The position numbers and the translations under genes were made by a program. Below are positions 48,143 to 61,350 of a stretch of DNA of 64,000 nucleotides, piece by piece (the first letter of the stretch is position 1; the number at the start of each line of letters is the position of its first letter). The DNA is taken from contig JBLDXI010000032.1 of the NCBI GenBank assembly GCA_047495785.1, forward strand, positions 1,798,001-1,862,000, read 5' to 3'. The notes under the pieces were generated by a model that saw nothing but the letters and a program-made list of their open reading frames with translations, was not told where the DNA came from and did not search any database. This stretch comes from Lepidodermella squamata (Eukaryota > Animalia > Gastrotricha).

Positions 48143-48639
48143 CGAAGTTCACTCAAAGTCTATCAACAGTCTAACAATCTAGTATTAAAAATTTAGTGGT
48201 TTAATGAGGAAGTCAGCCAATCCTTGACAGCTAAAACAATCCCAACAACATTCTCATAGCACAGCATTCGTAATTCGTTAGCCTTCAACCCATCCATATT
48301 CGATAACTAGAGGTAATCAAGGAAACTCATGACGGTATCAAGCAGGGGATTGGTTTTTTCGCACTCGAACAAACTGCGGACTACGGACCTAGATTTGAAA
48401 AAATACCGCGCAAACAAAATGAAAATTGTGTAAAATAATTTTCAAAACGGCAACACTAATATTTCATCAGATATTTAATTTATACGTTGAAAACCAAATG
48501 AACACACGCTTCGCGGGTTTTCAATTTTTTCAAATATTTTTGAACTTGAGCCTGACTCATTGCCAGGTCGTTTGCGGTTTTACGGTGTTCACGATGTATG
48601 ATGTCTCTAATGAAACGTGGTTTTCTCATGAAAGAGTTC

Positions 48640-48790
48640 AATGAGGTAATGAGTCACCATCGCGCCCATACATTACGTTTCGAGTTGTTGCCTGCAGGAA
48701 TGAATTGCCGAGTGAACTGACTTCACTGTCTTCGTCTGACATATTCAAAGTGCTTCTGAAAAGAAATTTTGGTATGATACCCGGTGTATG
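48640..48790 (+). mobile_element. Degenerate 3' end of a CR1/L2-like LINE ORF2
   Basis: Translates as FRVVACRNELPSELTSLSSSDIFKVLLKR, resembling the RVVxxWNxLP...SxxxFK C-terminal motif of these elements. Confidence 0.5.
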
Positions 48791-49013
48791 AAGACAAGTC
48801 ATTCTGTATATCCGTAGTATATGAAATTATAATTATCATATCATTTACTTACTAAAGTTCTTAGCTTCGCCGATGATACTACTCTAATTGCTAATAGCCG
48901 CGAATCTGCATGCATGGCAGAATGGCAATCAATCTGTTTTCTGAAATCGGTAAAATCGGTAAATGGAAGGCTCTTAATGATCACCTTAGAGCGGAGTATC
49001 TAACACCGGTAAA

Positions 49014-49622
49014 ATGAAAACTTTCTTCAACTATGCTAATGCTAGATTAAAATCCAAACCTTCTATTCCATCTCTCAAAAACCAAATTGGTGCTACTGTT
49101 GCTACTGTGGTTGCTACTGACGACAGCCGCAAATGTTCATTGTTCAAATCTTTCTTTCCATCCGTCTTCACTGTAGATAACGGTATTCCTATTCCATCAT
49201 TGGCCAAAACGCCCTCTTCTAAATTGTCTAGAGTATCTTTTCCTGTTAGAACTATTGAATCTCGATTGCGTGATCTCGACGCAAATTCTTCTATGAGGCC
49301 TGACGGTGTCCACCCCGCAATATTAAAGAAGCTATCTGATTCTCTCGCATTCCCTCTTTGGTTAATTTTTTCTAGAAGTTACGAATCCGGGTTACTTCCA
49401 GCTTGTTGGAAATTAGCTAACGTTGTACCTATTTTCAAAATAGTGGCTCCCCCTCTTCAACCGAAAACTATCAGCCCATTAGCTTAACCAGTATACCATG
49501 TAAAGTTATGGAGTCTTGTATTCGGATTGAAATGGTTTCACATCTCACTAAAAATAATTTTCTATCTCCCGAACAGTTCAGGTTCTTATCAGACCGCAGT
49601 GCCGAAATACAGCTACTCGACA
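49014..49622 (+). mobile_element. Truncated, frameshifted non-LTR retrotransposon (CR1/L2/jockey-like) reverse transcriptase fragment
   Basis: KTFFNYANARLK...PDGVHPAILKK...WKLANVVPIFK, then a shifted frame NYQPISLTSIPCKVME...LSPEQFRF. Confidence 0.9.
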
Positions 49623-50200
49623 TCATTTTAGTTACAAGTTAGCAATTCCTCAACATTCACTTTGTCCTAGGGGCTTTAGCTATGCTGTTAAAACAGCCAA
49701 ATAATGGAATATATTACCTGCTCAATCACTAGTCTTACTTCGCTCAATCTTTTTGCTAATTCGTGCAAGACATTTATCTTAGAAGACATCTTAGAAATAT
49801 GACAAATTGCAAATTTGGACTTTAATAAATGAAAATTATTATTATTTTTAATCACATTATCATCTAATGTATGCGTGCGTTGTGCGCCTCATCCAATAAT
49901 AAATATTCGTATATGCTGTTAACGGTCGCCTCACTTCTGCGCTTGATCCTCTCTTTGCCCATGTATAAATCCATTCCGAAATACCGTTATTCTTTTATAA
50001 ACTTGAAAATGGTGCAATCTGAAGGTAAAAAATAAAATGATGATGATGACAAATTAATTTGTTTTTGAGTTTACCCGTAAATTCAACCGCTGCGTTTGGA
50101 CTTGCAGCTGCCACCGATTGATTCCGACTAGGATTCGAAATTTTTGTTAGACGCTGGACGATTTTATATCAATAACGTTTAGTTTTATTAATGCGAGGCA

Positions 50201-53200
50201 ATGAATCTCGACGAATATGCTGTTTCGGTCGTTGCTGTGAGTTCTGGGAATAATTGTCTATTTGAATTTGATTGCATTTTGGTATTTTCACCAGGTCGAG
50301 TGTGCTAATAAACTCCTGGTTAAAGTTAATAATGCGGTTTTAGCCAACTGCATTAATGAGGCAATAAGATCATCGAAGGCTGAAACCGATTCGCGGCAAC
50401 CTTTTTTCAGCTCGAACGAAGTCATTGGTCAAACTGTCTTGGCGAAGCTTGCATCTGACGATGGCCCGTTCAGAAGAGCCCGCGTCCGACTCGTTCAACC
50501 TGCGAATCAGAACGCTTTAAAGTGTGTTTCACCTGATGCTCTTCTTATAACTTTAATTTCATTTTCTCGACAGGGTTGACTTCATTGATGACGGCGAGAT
50601 GGGGCAAACTGTGTCCCTCTCCTCGGTGCGCAAATGTCCGGAAAGCATTAGGGACAAAGATCCGCTGGTTCGCACGTTGCTTTTGTCAAATTTAAAGGTT
50701 AGTTGATTCTGTTACTGATGCTTATTTCTATCATATTTTTGGCACTAGCCTATTTCGTTGCAACCCAAAATCAACAGCGAAACTGGGAAAATCGAGTCGC
50801 TCCCGACCGTCATGCAAGACTGGACGCTTGCTGCAACGGATTATGTCGCCAACTCCCACGGTGAAGAAATTTATTTGTGAATTCTTGGTGTTTTTTCAAG
50901 GTTTTTTTTATTAAATTTAGGTCATGGCTTCTTCAATACTAAATGCAGAGCCAAAGTGCTGCAAACTGATGAAGACGGTTGTTGGCACGGGGATCTTCTG
51001 TATTGGAAGAACGGCTCTTATCAGTCTCTTGAGCGGGAGCTGATAGAGCAAGCGTATGCCATCAAGGTCGTGACGGAACCTCTCCTCGAAAAACCATCGA
51101 AGCCTCACAAGAACGGGAAGCCTGGTCCTACCATGGATCGGAAGGCAGCTCCTGTCAAAGCTGTGAGCCAACGCGAAATTCGGATGAACACATACGCTGT
51201 ATTCGGAAAATTATCTCCGTCGAAACCCGCAGATGAAGGGACCATCCAAAAATTCTCGACTTGGATGAACCGAGTCCATCAGTTTCAGCTAATGCCATAC
51301 CATGTAATTATCTATCATCGATACCTTGCGTATGATTGCCTTAATGATTTGATTTTTTTTAGAATTTTGTGTGGGCTGGAATCGAAATGGCTCGAAATAT
51401 GTAGGTGAAATATCAATATATTTTCCGCATTTTAAAACCATTTGTAATCATAGCTTTGTGACGATGCCTGTCGAAATGATGAACGTCGACGATGCTGGAA
51501 TTTCTTTGCTTCTGCCCCATATTTGCGACAGCTTTGAGGGCTGGGTCGCGCCTCGAGGAGCTTTGGGCGAGAAGCAGCTAAAGTGCCTTTGCATCGTGCC
51601 TAACGGCCCGATGGGCGCCAAAATGGAGAAGTACCTTCAGAATCCCAAGCACGGGCTGGGCAGAGCGAAATTTTTGGCGAGCTCAGTTCCTGGAGACGCT
51701 GCGGATTGCAATATTTTAATTGTCACCCCGAAAAGGTTGGACTTGTTGCTCAAGAACTCTGGAGCCTTGAAGCTTGAAAGCTTGAGTTGCCTATGCCTTT
51801 TAAACGTCGACGAACTGGTTTTGAACGAAGAGGAGCGCCAAATTTTGAATACATTCAGCAAGGAATTGTCACGCTTCCGGAATGTGATAAAAGCTCTTCG
51901 GTTATTCGGATCGAGCAAAATTTGGTCGCAGAGTGTTTCTCAACTCTACGACCAGTGGTTCAAGCCTCAAGACCCACTAAATTACTTTCTTGATCTGACG
52001 GAGGCATCGCTTTTTATCAAGGCCAAGTATACTGCCATCACCATGGGTCGCGATGTGTTACCCAAAAATTTGCTGAAAACCCTCCAACGTTTGAGGGATA
52101 ATCGCCATCGAGTCGCTCTGTGTTGTCACGACGATGACTTTGATTGGATTGCTGCCACTTTGCAAGAAGCTTCAGTTTCTGCTGTTCTACTTCAGCCGCA
52201 ATTTGCTGGCTTGCCGGGTGAACTGTCAAGCACCTATAACAGCTGGCTGGCCTCGCCTGAAAAACAAACCCTAGTCGTGCCAGACTCGCTCCTTCGCCCC
52301 GAGGTCGAGCTTATCAGGCCGCAACAACCTGTTGGCGCCTCAGTTATAGTCCACGTTGCGACAGTGGCTAGTAAACAAGTTCTGAATGCGCGCTTGACTC
52401 TGATGAAGCCGCATTGGACGACTAATTCGAAATCCGATTGTGAAATCGTTTTCTTGCTCGAAAGTTTACCCGCGAGTTTTTGCAATTTTGTCAACGATTT
52501 GCTGGAGCGTGCCGGGGTCGGGCGGTCAGAAACTATTGCGAGTTGGGGTATTGCAGTCTCACCTGTCTCTCCAGCTCAATCTTCACCGGCTGGCAGTCTA
52601 CAGGAAAAACTGAAGAGGCTGAAGGCTCCATCTAAATCTAACGCGTCCACCATTCAAGTATCGGCTAAACCCTCCGTTAATTATGCGTCTAATGAATTAT
52701 GCCGCGAACTGCTGAAAAGTGGTCACTGCTCGAAAACTGGCAGCTGCAATTATCGGCATGAATTTCACGCCGAACTGGACGACCCGAAGGTTGAGTCTAA
52801 GAAATGCGTCTCTGTTGAGCCGATTAAATCAGGTGGCAGAGTTACCATTCAAGTCTTGAACGTCGTTGATGGCAATCACTACATCGGAATTCTGAAGCAT
52901 CCGATCAACAGCTCGGAAACGGCTCTGCCTCGCATTTTACGCTTGCTGAAAGCGTGCGAAAAGTTAGCCACCTTAAAATTGCTAGATAGCCAGATTTAAT
53001 TTAATTTTTTCAGGGCTACCAAGTCGAATGAAACTGATCGAAAAGTCAAGTTGCACGAAGTCGTCGGTGTCCGCTTTGACCGTGGTGCTGTTTTGCGGCG
53101 AGCTCTCGTTATCGAAGACCTCGGGATCAGTGATAACAAGTTTTATCCGCGTTCTGCGATGGCAAAAGGCGAAGAGGCAGTTTGCCGCAGTTACCGTGTT

Positions 53201-56200
53201 AAGTTAATCGACCATGGGATGCTGCAAAAAACTGTAGACGGTGACCAGTTTTTCGAACTCGATGAAGCGGCAAGAGGCGAGCCGTGGCTCAGCATCGATT
53301 TGGTAAAATTCGAAATTTTAAGGTGGAATTTCTCGAAAACTAGTTTATTTTTAGTTCCTTTCCAATGTACGCCCAGCCGATCGAGCCTGGCGCAAATCTA
53401 CCGTCGAGGATTTGCAGAAGCGGCTGATCGGCAAAGAAGTCGAGGCGTCCGTAGCTTTGGTGCTGAGACATGAACTTCTGGCGACCGCCGTCGTTCAACG
53501 CGAGATTTGCTCAGCAATGGGTAATGAGCGGGCTGTTGTGACCGACATTCGAAATTTGCTAACCAAGGGTCAGCATGGCAACGAGGCAGTCCCGGGTGTC
53601 CCTAACCCTGAACACTTGCGCATGCTCGTTGAATTATGTGCTCGAGCCTCGATTTTCATCCCACCTAATACCGCTCAGTTGATCAAAGCTGTACCGCTCA
53701 AGGACGAGCCTCGCGTCGACCCGGCTTCGACCAATGAAAACGCACCAGTGAAAATCAAACCGCCTAGCTTCGAATTTGACGAAATGACTCTAGCTTGGCC
53801 GGATAAGAATTCGTTCGGTTCCGCCCGAGTTCGAATTTCGGCAGTCACCAGCCCCGATTCGTTTTTTGTTCAACGGATCGATAGCTTGGAAACGTAATTA
53901 AATAATTTACTTTATTTCGAGTGAAAAATTGATAAATCTTTTCCTCAGGCTCGATAAAATCGAACGCGACATCGCTGATTGGGTGAAGCAGGAGGGTGAG
54001 GTTGCGCCAATCACTTCATGCGACTTCCTCTCAGTCAAAACGCCCTGCCTCGCTAGGCTGCCCATTGACGGAGGTCAAACCTGGAGCCGCGTGGTAATTC
54101 GAAGCATCAACCAGGAAGATTTGACGGTAACCGTCTTCTCTGTCGATCACGGCGAGTTGGAGACCATTTCCATCAGAGACGTTCGTCAAATTAGCCGGCA
54201 TCTCATGTCGCACCCTGCTCTCGCCATCGAGTGCAAGCTCGCTCACGTCCAGCCACTTGCTTCTTGTAACGAGACAAATTTCAGCGTCGACTCTGGCGAT
54301 GAGTTGTGGCAAATGGTAAGGATATTGCAACAATTTATTTATGTTTCGAAAATTAAACCTAATTTCACCGATTTTTTTTTAATTTACCGTTAAAACCGGG
54401 AAAACCCGATGAAAGCTGGTTCGGTAATTATGGTTATTTTAGCCGATTGGACCGATTTCCATAGGATTTTTTATTTCTGTTGTAATTTTTTCTGGCCGTG
54501 AGATAGAAATAGCCTTTGATTTCAGATATCCCCTCAACTTCTCACTGAAACTCGTATTTTTACCTACGAATAGTTGTTGCTTCGACTTATCAAGACATTT
54601 TCAAATAAGTTTTGTATTTTCTCATGACCAGGGATTTACCGGAGATACAAGTCGTACTTTCCGCGCCCGCGTTGTCAGCAAATCTAAACGCGGCTTCTAC
54701 TGCCGAAAAGGCTGCAACGTAATCGAACTGTGGCCCGCTTTCGACACGGAAAAAGAACACCCGAGAAACGAAGCGCATAGTAATTTGTCCGCCTCAGCCC
54801 AGCTGATTCGACTCGGCGTTGTTCAGGAAGATTGGACCTTGATTTCTGTTAGTGAAGAAAAAACCTTACCGAAAATCGAAGTTTGACATTTTTTATATTC
54901 TAGAACTGCTTGAATCAGATGTCCTTCCAAAAGTTACCTCAATCTGATGAGATCGCCGCTCTGTTTCACCAGTTGCTACCTCGCCTCTTGAAAGATAGTG
55001 ACGACTCATCCGTGACGCAATGGATTTCGTCTTTCGATGGAAACTTGCTCAGTTTATTCGAAGTGGATGCCGACACGTGGATGCTAGTCGTCGAGTGCCT
55101 GACCGCAATACTCGAACATGGCAATACTGACGTCATCACATCAATTGCGCAAATATTCGAAATTTTAATACCCGAACAGCCGTTGAACATTGCGTTTGAA
55201 GAGCCAGAAATCATCGATCGGGCTAAATCTGTCCTATCCGCGGCTGCTGTTCGGCTGATACCGGCGGCAGTTTACTTGATTTGCCTGACTCTTGAGCCCG
55301 ATTCAGAGCTTATCATGGTCGACTCTCACGCCATGTGCTCGGTGCTCCGATTGCTCTTCAAGCACATCGTTGGCGAAAATGACGGCGGTTTGGACTGCAC
55401 GAAAGCTGTGACTCAAACCATCATTCATTGCGGCCTGATTCCTGCCCTTATCCGTCAGAGCACTGCGAACTCATCATTTTGTAAGTTATTCAAGACCAGT
55501 TCGACCTGTTCAACCTTATTTTTCTTTATTTTCAGCTGATGGCTCGAATGAATTTTGCTTCGAATTGCTCTGCGATTTGGTCAAATGTCCGGTATTTCCA
55601 CCTTGGCTGAGAAAAATGAATAGCTTGAAGCCGAGTAGCGGATATGGGCTTCATACGTTGATTCATTTGAACCCATGGCCTAGTATCGCTCGCTTAGTTG
55701 AACATTTGGCCGAAATCAAGGCGATTGTTTCGCTTGAGAGGCTTTTCGTCGCGCTCAGCGTTTTCCTGGGTAATTACCCTGACTACAACGAAGCTGTCCG
55801 TGAATCCGAGCTTGGGCCATGCCTGAAAAATCTCGTACTGGAAAAGTCAACGTCTGCCTATAAGAAATTGAATCTGCTCACTTTCTGTTTCCACGTCGAC
55901 GAGGCCTCCGCGTTCGACGAAGAAGTCGATTCGGATCGAGTTGGCGACAAGCGAATCCGCCCTAATTACCGCCTACCACCCTCGAACTGGTCCGAAGCGA
56001 ACGATGCCAGGCCGGCAACAGTCGCCCAAGACAGCGAAAGTTTCGGGACGATTTTGTGGTCGCAGAATTCGAAAAATATTCAGTTGTCGTTCGACAACGC
56101 TGCCGTGACAAAAGCGAATCTGCATCGCCAAATAATCGAGTTGCCTGAGGATGGCCGGCAAATATTGCGCCTGACACTTATAAATACTCACCGTTCTATC

Positions 56201-56590
56201 GACATCTGTCTGTTTGACCGTGTTGAGGTCCCTGAAGATATTCCGGTGAGAAACAAATTTTCTGGGGCTGAGCTTCTGCTCAAGAAACAGCGTCCTGGTG
56301 ACTGGTTGCACCTGGAGGCGCCTGGAAAGAGGGTGCGCAAGTTTAATAAATCCTCCTTAATTTTTTTATAATTTGACATTTCGCAGATTGCGTGCGTTAA
56401 AGTGAATTTCGATGACGTCGACTGGCTATGGGACGACGAGGATGAAGAGGACGAGGAAGATATCATTAATAAAGAAAAAATCAAAGAAATGCGTAAAGAG
56501 CAGTTGAAGATGGCTGAGCTCGAGGAAGAAGAAGCGAAAAAGCCTGCGCTGATAGAAGACTTCGGATGCGACGAAGATTTCGACTATTGA
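50201..56590 (+). CDS. TDRD12: TDRD12/Yb-family piRNA-pathway protein (Tudor, degenerate DEAD-like region, CCCH finger, two Tudors, CS domain)
   Basis: Tudor motifs (FRRARV...VDFIDDGE; RRALV...VKLIDHG; VTSPDSFFVQ...WSRVVI...VFSVDHGE); helicase-like ILIVTPKRL; CX8CX5CX3H finger; C-terminal p23/CS domain (ILWSQN...LLLKKQ...W..L...NFD..W) with an acidic tail. Confidence 0.82.
54345..54550. mobile_element. Diverged internal relative of the Frizzled-intron MITE, inside a TDRD12 intron
   Basis: cccgatgaaagctggttcggtaattatggttattttagccg (54405) aligns with cccgatggtaactggtacggtaattttcggtattttacccg (28054); both also have a downstream ttttctggcc...agat block. Confidence 0.6.
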
Positions 56591-58271
56591 CCTTGAAAGT
56601 ATTGCCCTTTTTCACTTCGAGAGTGGCTGACTAGTCTTCATAATGTGTAATTTCTGCTATCCGTTGAAAGTTTGTACCTCCAATAGACTTGGCCGTTCAG
56701 CGAATAATTCATATTTTCACGACTTTGATATAATCAACAATTTGTTATACGCTAAATCTGCACTGCTTGTTGATTAGGTAGTGTTGCCATCGATAAATAA
56801 ATCGTATGGGTCTGTCACGGAGCCTGTTTATGTTTCCAATACGATTCATCATGCCATGTTACTTTCCTTGTTGCCTGCTGACCGAGGTCTTTGAACTGAT
56901 TTGAGCAAAACGCCACAAAAATAATATTTTTATGAAAGTTATCTTCGATTATACCGAACTTACCTTGATCGCCTAGATATGTTATTATTGGTTGATTTGT
57001 TTGCGAAGATTTGCTCAAAATTTTGAACTTCAAAGTGTTTTTCTAATCGAAAACTTTCAAGACCTTTCAACTTTCCCCTTATGAATATTGAAAAAGCTGT
57101 TTTGCTAGTTTTCATCCCCTAACTGAGTGTTATGAATAAATCAGAATGAGTTCTTAATTGTTCATCTCCTCAATTTTCGGTACCATCCTTGGAAATGTCA
57201 ATATTCCAAATTACCTTGCGTCATGTTTTCTGCTACTCTGAATGTTGACTACATCTGAGTTAACGAAACCTCGATTTTTGCATTATTTCATCAGTGATCT
57301 TGCCTCCGTCTGAAACAATGAAGGCGCGAAGAGCAATCTCGGAATACAACAAAGTGACAGTTCGAAAATCTATTTGTTTATCTATGGTTGTTTCAGAATT
57401 TTCACGGGCCCAAGGCCTTGCAATAACTTTTCGCTTGTTGATCGGTTAGAAATAAAAAAGAGAATTATCTTGTCAAACTTGCGTGGGTTGTGGGAAAAGT
57501 GAAGTGCGTCTGTTCTTACGTAAAAAATGGAATATCACGCGATGTGTACCAGGTGGCGCAGATGTGAAAGCTTCTCATGAGCTGAACGAATCCCTCTGTA
57601 TTTTTTATTATCCGAACACGATTAATTCAGCCGAGAAAAAGACGCAAATTCAAAATCCCGGAATAAGATTTGTCAAGACTTATCAGATCATTAAAGCTCG
57701 ATGCTTGATTAATAAAATATCATAGACTGGAACAGTGACAGATCAGCACTTTTTACACAGTGTCACTAAAATTATTGAAGCTCGACGATTAATTCGAGAA
57801 CGGAATTTATAAACCATGATCAGATCTCTTCGAAAACAGGGCGTCAAAATCAACATCATGGCACAACGTAAGAATGCACACTTCGAAATTCAGAATTTAA
57901 TTTATAGCTACATGTTATGTGCATATCAGAAGCACTCACATCATTACTTTTATATTACTCATCTTTGAGATTGTCGGAAATTGGGAAAGTACACGTAAAA
58001 TATATAAACAAATGTGCTGAAATTGGACGATTTCTCATATTATATCGTATAAAAAGAAACGCATTCATACCCCACAGGAAACAAGTAATAAGTAGTAAAT
58101 GAGTCTCAGATTAATAACATGCCATTGCAGTAAAGAAAAATTATTGTATCCCATACTCACAGATAATTGGTTTTTCTATACAACCACTTTCTCAAACAAT
58201 AACAGCAATAAAAAAGCGAAGGCAAAGCTTTCATAACATGTAATTTAAAGATCGTAGATTGACGTAGATAT

Positions 58272-59455
58272 TTAAGGAGAATCGCCACTAGAATCGAGGG
58301 GACTTGCAGTCAAAGCACCGGTGTTCATACTTGAGTAGCCGCGACCCGGCTGCGCATTGTGCTCGTCGAGAGCGTTTCGTTCCTCTTTTAACCTGGAAAT
58401 GAATGAGCGACTCGTGTGAAAGCAAACTTGCTAATAGCATAAAATATAGCGCATACCTCTGAGGCCGGAAGTCGTCCACGTGCGATGTGGATGCAAATGA
58501 ACTGTTTACTGTCACCGGAATTGCGTCGTCAGGCGCGATATCGGAAAATAGCCGTAGAGCAGAGAGGACGCCGATAAGTCCGATGTACAAGTAAACTAAA
58601 CGAGAAAACAGCTTAAATCACTACCGTCGTTTATACAAACATTGACTCACAAAGGATGCTTAATTTATACAGCGACTTGTTAGCCTGAGTAGGGTGGTCG
58701 CCGGGTAAATCGTTAACCATACCCACAGTGGTCATGCTCACGAAGCAGTAGAAAAACGCATCCAAAAATGACCATCCTTCGATTCCTGTAAATTGTCAAA
58801 TTATTTATAGCTGTAAAACACCACCGATCGATTACTAACCAGCAAATATTGCAGCAGGTATCATCAACAAGGCTATCCAAAGCACCAGACAAACGACAGC
58901 GAAGTGTAGTAATCTAACTTGAATGTCGTTCAACTTGGGAAAATAATAACCCAGCCAGCTTTTCTGCCACATGAAGATCCTGTTGACTTGATGAACGCAA
59001 GCAGTGAAGAAGAAAAGAGTGAAAGGTACTCCGATGCAGATGAAGAAAACTGTAAACATTTTGCCGCCATCTGTGAGGTAGGTTGTTTGAGCATATCCAA
59101 GCGTGGTAATGATAGTACCAGCAAAGAAAATACTTTGGCCCAGACCCCAATTTGACTGCGATGAAGAGTTAGCGAAGTAGGTTATCTTCTGAAGGCCGTG
59201 GAACAACACAACTCTAGCAAAGTTGTCAACGTCCTGTTCGGTGATACTCGAGTTGCAGCTGCTGCGAATTTTACGGAGAAACAATTCACGTTCCTTGATC
59301 AATGTGCTCAGGCTAGAAATCTCAGCAGGCTCTTCTATTGACTTGAAAATAGCAGCCCCTCCGAGTAGAATGCAGAAATACAAAACAAAGAAAACTGTTA
59401 TGCATTGCCAGCTATGGTCGCGATACAGGTCGAAGAGCCGGCGTACATAAAGCAT
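58272..59455 (-). CDS. Two-pore-domain (K2P) channel, TWIK/KCNK1-like, 4 exons, with non-canonical filters
   Basis: GAAIFKSIEEPAE, cap cysteine, NWGLGQSIFFAGTIITTLGYA, LTDGGKMF, IGVPFT, WSFLDAFFYCFVSMTTVGMVNDLPGDHP, LYKLSILFYLYIGL. TAA at 58274-58272. Confidence 0.9.
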
Positions 59456-59538
59456 TTCAAAGTGTACACCCTAAACTGCCAAAATCGAATATGTACTAAG
59501 TTGCATGGCAATAACGGCCCAATAAGGCTTGGGTCGTT

Positions 59539-59702
59539 TCCAATTTCGCTGGTAGAAGTGCGCTCTCAGAGGGATCGCTATCAGACGGTCAACATTAAGG
59601 TTAAGGTTAGTGTTAGGGTTAGGGTTAGGTTGGGGATGGGGTGCCCTCTGAGCAATCTGAGAGGGAGCCCTCTGAGAGCGCACTTCTACCAACGAAATTG
59701 GA
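59539..59702. mobile_element. Palindromic MITE-like element with internal telomere-like repeats
   Basis: 35-bp inverted arms at 59539-59573 and 59668-59702 (one mismatch) around a core containing TTAAGG/TTAGGG units. Confidence 0.8.
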
Positions 59703-59987
59703 GGAGGCAAGATTGGTCGATTTTGGGGCTCATAAAACTCGCCAAAATAGTTTTCGCCATAAGCTTTTCTCTACTAGCAAATTGAGGCTGCCTCTTAGAC
59801 TGATCAACGAACTAGTCACAACCAAAGTCAGGTAGTGGCGCCCTAGGTGCTACCCCAAGAAAAATATCACTACTGATTTCCACACTATTAGCATTAACAG
59901 GGAATAGCAATATTTTACGCGGGCCTTGTGGCACATGTCCCATTTTTCGATAGCGACTGGGCAGGCGGAGAAGACTTACGGGGATAA

Positions 59988-61350
59988 TTACGCGGGCATT
60001 GCAGGATCAGGATCAGGAATTACGATTTCTCCTCGCCCTGACAGACTCAAGCTTTCGCCATAACGCGGAGCTAGTGAGAAAATCGCGAGCTTACGCTCTA
60101 GGAAAGTTTGATCTGGTTTACTAACTAAATCCCTACACCCGGTACTCCAGTTATTGCTGACTGTTTCCTGTTTCTCCAGGGTCCAGGCATTAGTACCTAG
60201 GCGCAAAGAGGGAAGAGGGACTTCAGCTGCGTCGAAAGTAGCTTCAGAGCTCTTTTGGCTTCGGAGAGAAAAAAAAATCCGAAGTAAAAAATATTTGCCG
60301 TGAAGATCAAATTTTGGATAATATTTTACGGGCTCGAAAATCAGACAATTTATTCTAGAGTGACTTTTATTAATAAAATGCATCGTAAATTAATCAGTTT
60401 CTGTTTTTTTGCGCGGGAAAATCAAAGATTAAACCGCAAAATCTCAACGAAGTCAACGTTCGGATGAATCATGAAATGTCTCATTTTCAGTCTTCTCGCT
60501 GGTGCTCCAGCCCTTAGCAGTAAGTAAGGATGGAATAAGCTGCGAAACGTTTTGTTGATCATGTTTCATGATGTTATGCTGTTTTTTGCGGATGATTGGA
60601 AGAACGATCAAAGCACGCAGGTTTGATGATCTGCAAAAAGTAAAAAGCAAAAAGTGGAAGTGGAAGTGTTAGATAGTTGTGACTTTGTTAGAAAAGCTAC
60701 GGGCTTGTTTGCCAACATAGTTTATAGAAATCGACGCCCCTTCTTCTAATCTGTCTGATTTGGGTAGGTAGCTGACAGGTAGCTGACTTGAGTCAACCGT
60801 ATAGCAATTTTCGCCAAACTCCCCAAATTTAAAATTTGAATTATGACGACCATGACCAATGCATTGTTCTTGGTCGTTAGCGACCGCTGCCGAAAAAGGT
60901 CGTCTATCAGTAGTTACCTTGTGATTCTCGTTGACACCAGCGTCAGATAAATATTTGGTGCGGCAATTGACTGCAAAACTGGAATTCAATTCTGACATTT
61001 TTTGTGATTTTTCGCCACTTCCACGCATCAAATGTAGCGGCAATCGCAACAGGAAATGTTCGAATGCAACATTCTGATCGAATGTGAATAAAGCTTCCCT
61101 ATAATCCCAAAAGGGACACAATAAAGAAGTTGCCAGGCGAGAAGCAGGTCGGCTATTTGCTACGAGAATTAGGAGCGCGGCATCAGACACGCTACTAATC
61201 TCGCAATAGTCAATTATAAAATTCTTATGATGCGTATCAGCAGTCCGCAAGCCGACACTGACTACCAGAAGATCGCCAAGCTTGATGGTAGAATCGCGCC
61301 TTATGGGTCGAACAGCGGTAACACGACTGCCATCGCGAGACCATCTGGGC
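59988..61350 (-). CDS. Multi-exon protein of unknown function, possibly ZP-C-like; ends unresolved
   Basis: Exon from the acceptor at ~61351 reads IKLGDLLVVSVGLR...FIIDYCEISS...LILVANS...VNCRTKYL, loosely like a ZP-C module. Further open exons at ~60630-60460 and ~60265-59988. Confidence 0.4.

Noticed and set aside
57050-57800. Possible transposon remnant between TDRD12 and the K2P gene
   Set aside because: No TIR pair, TSD or coding similarity could be established by eye.
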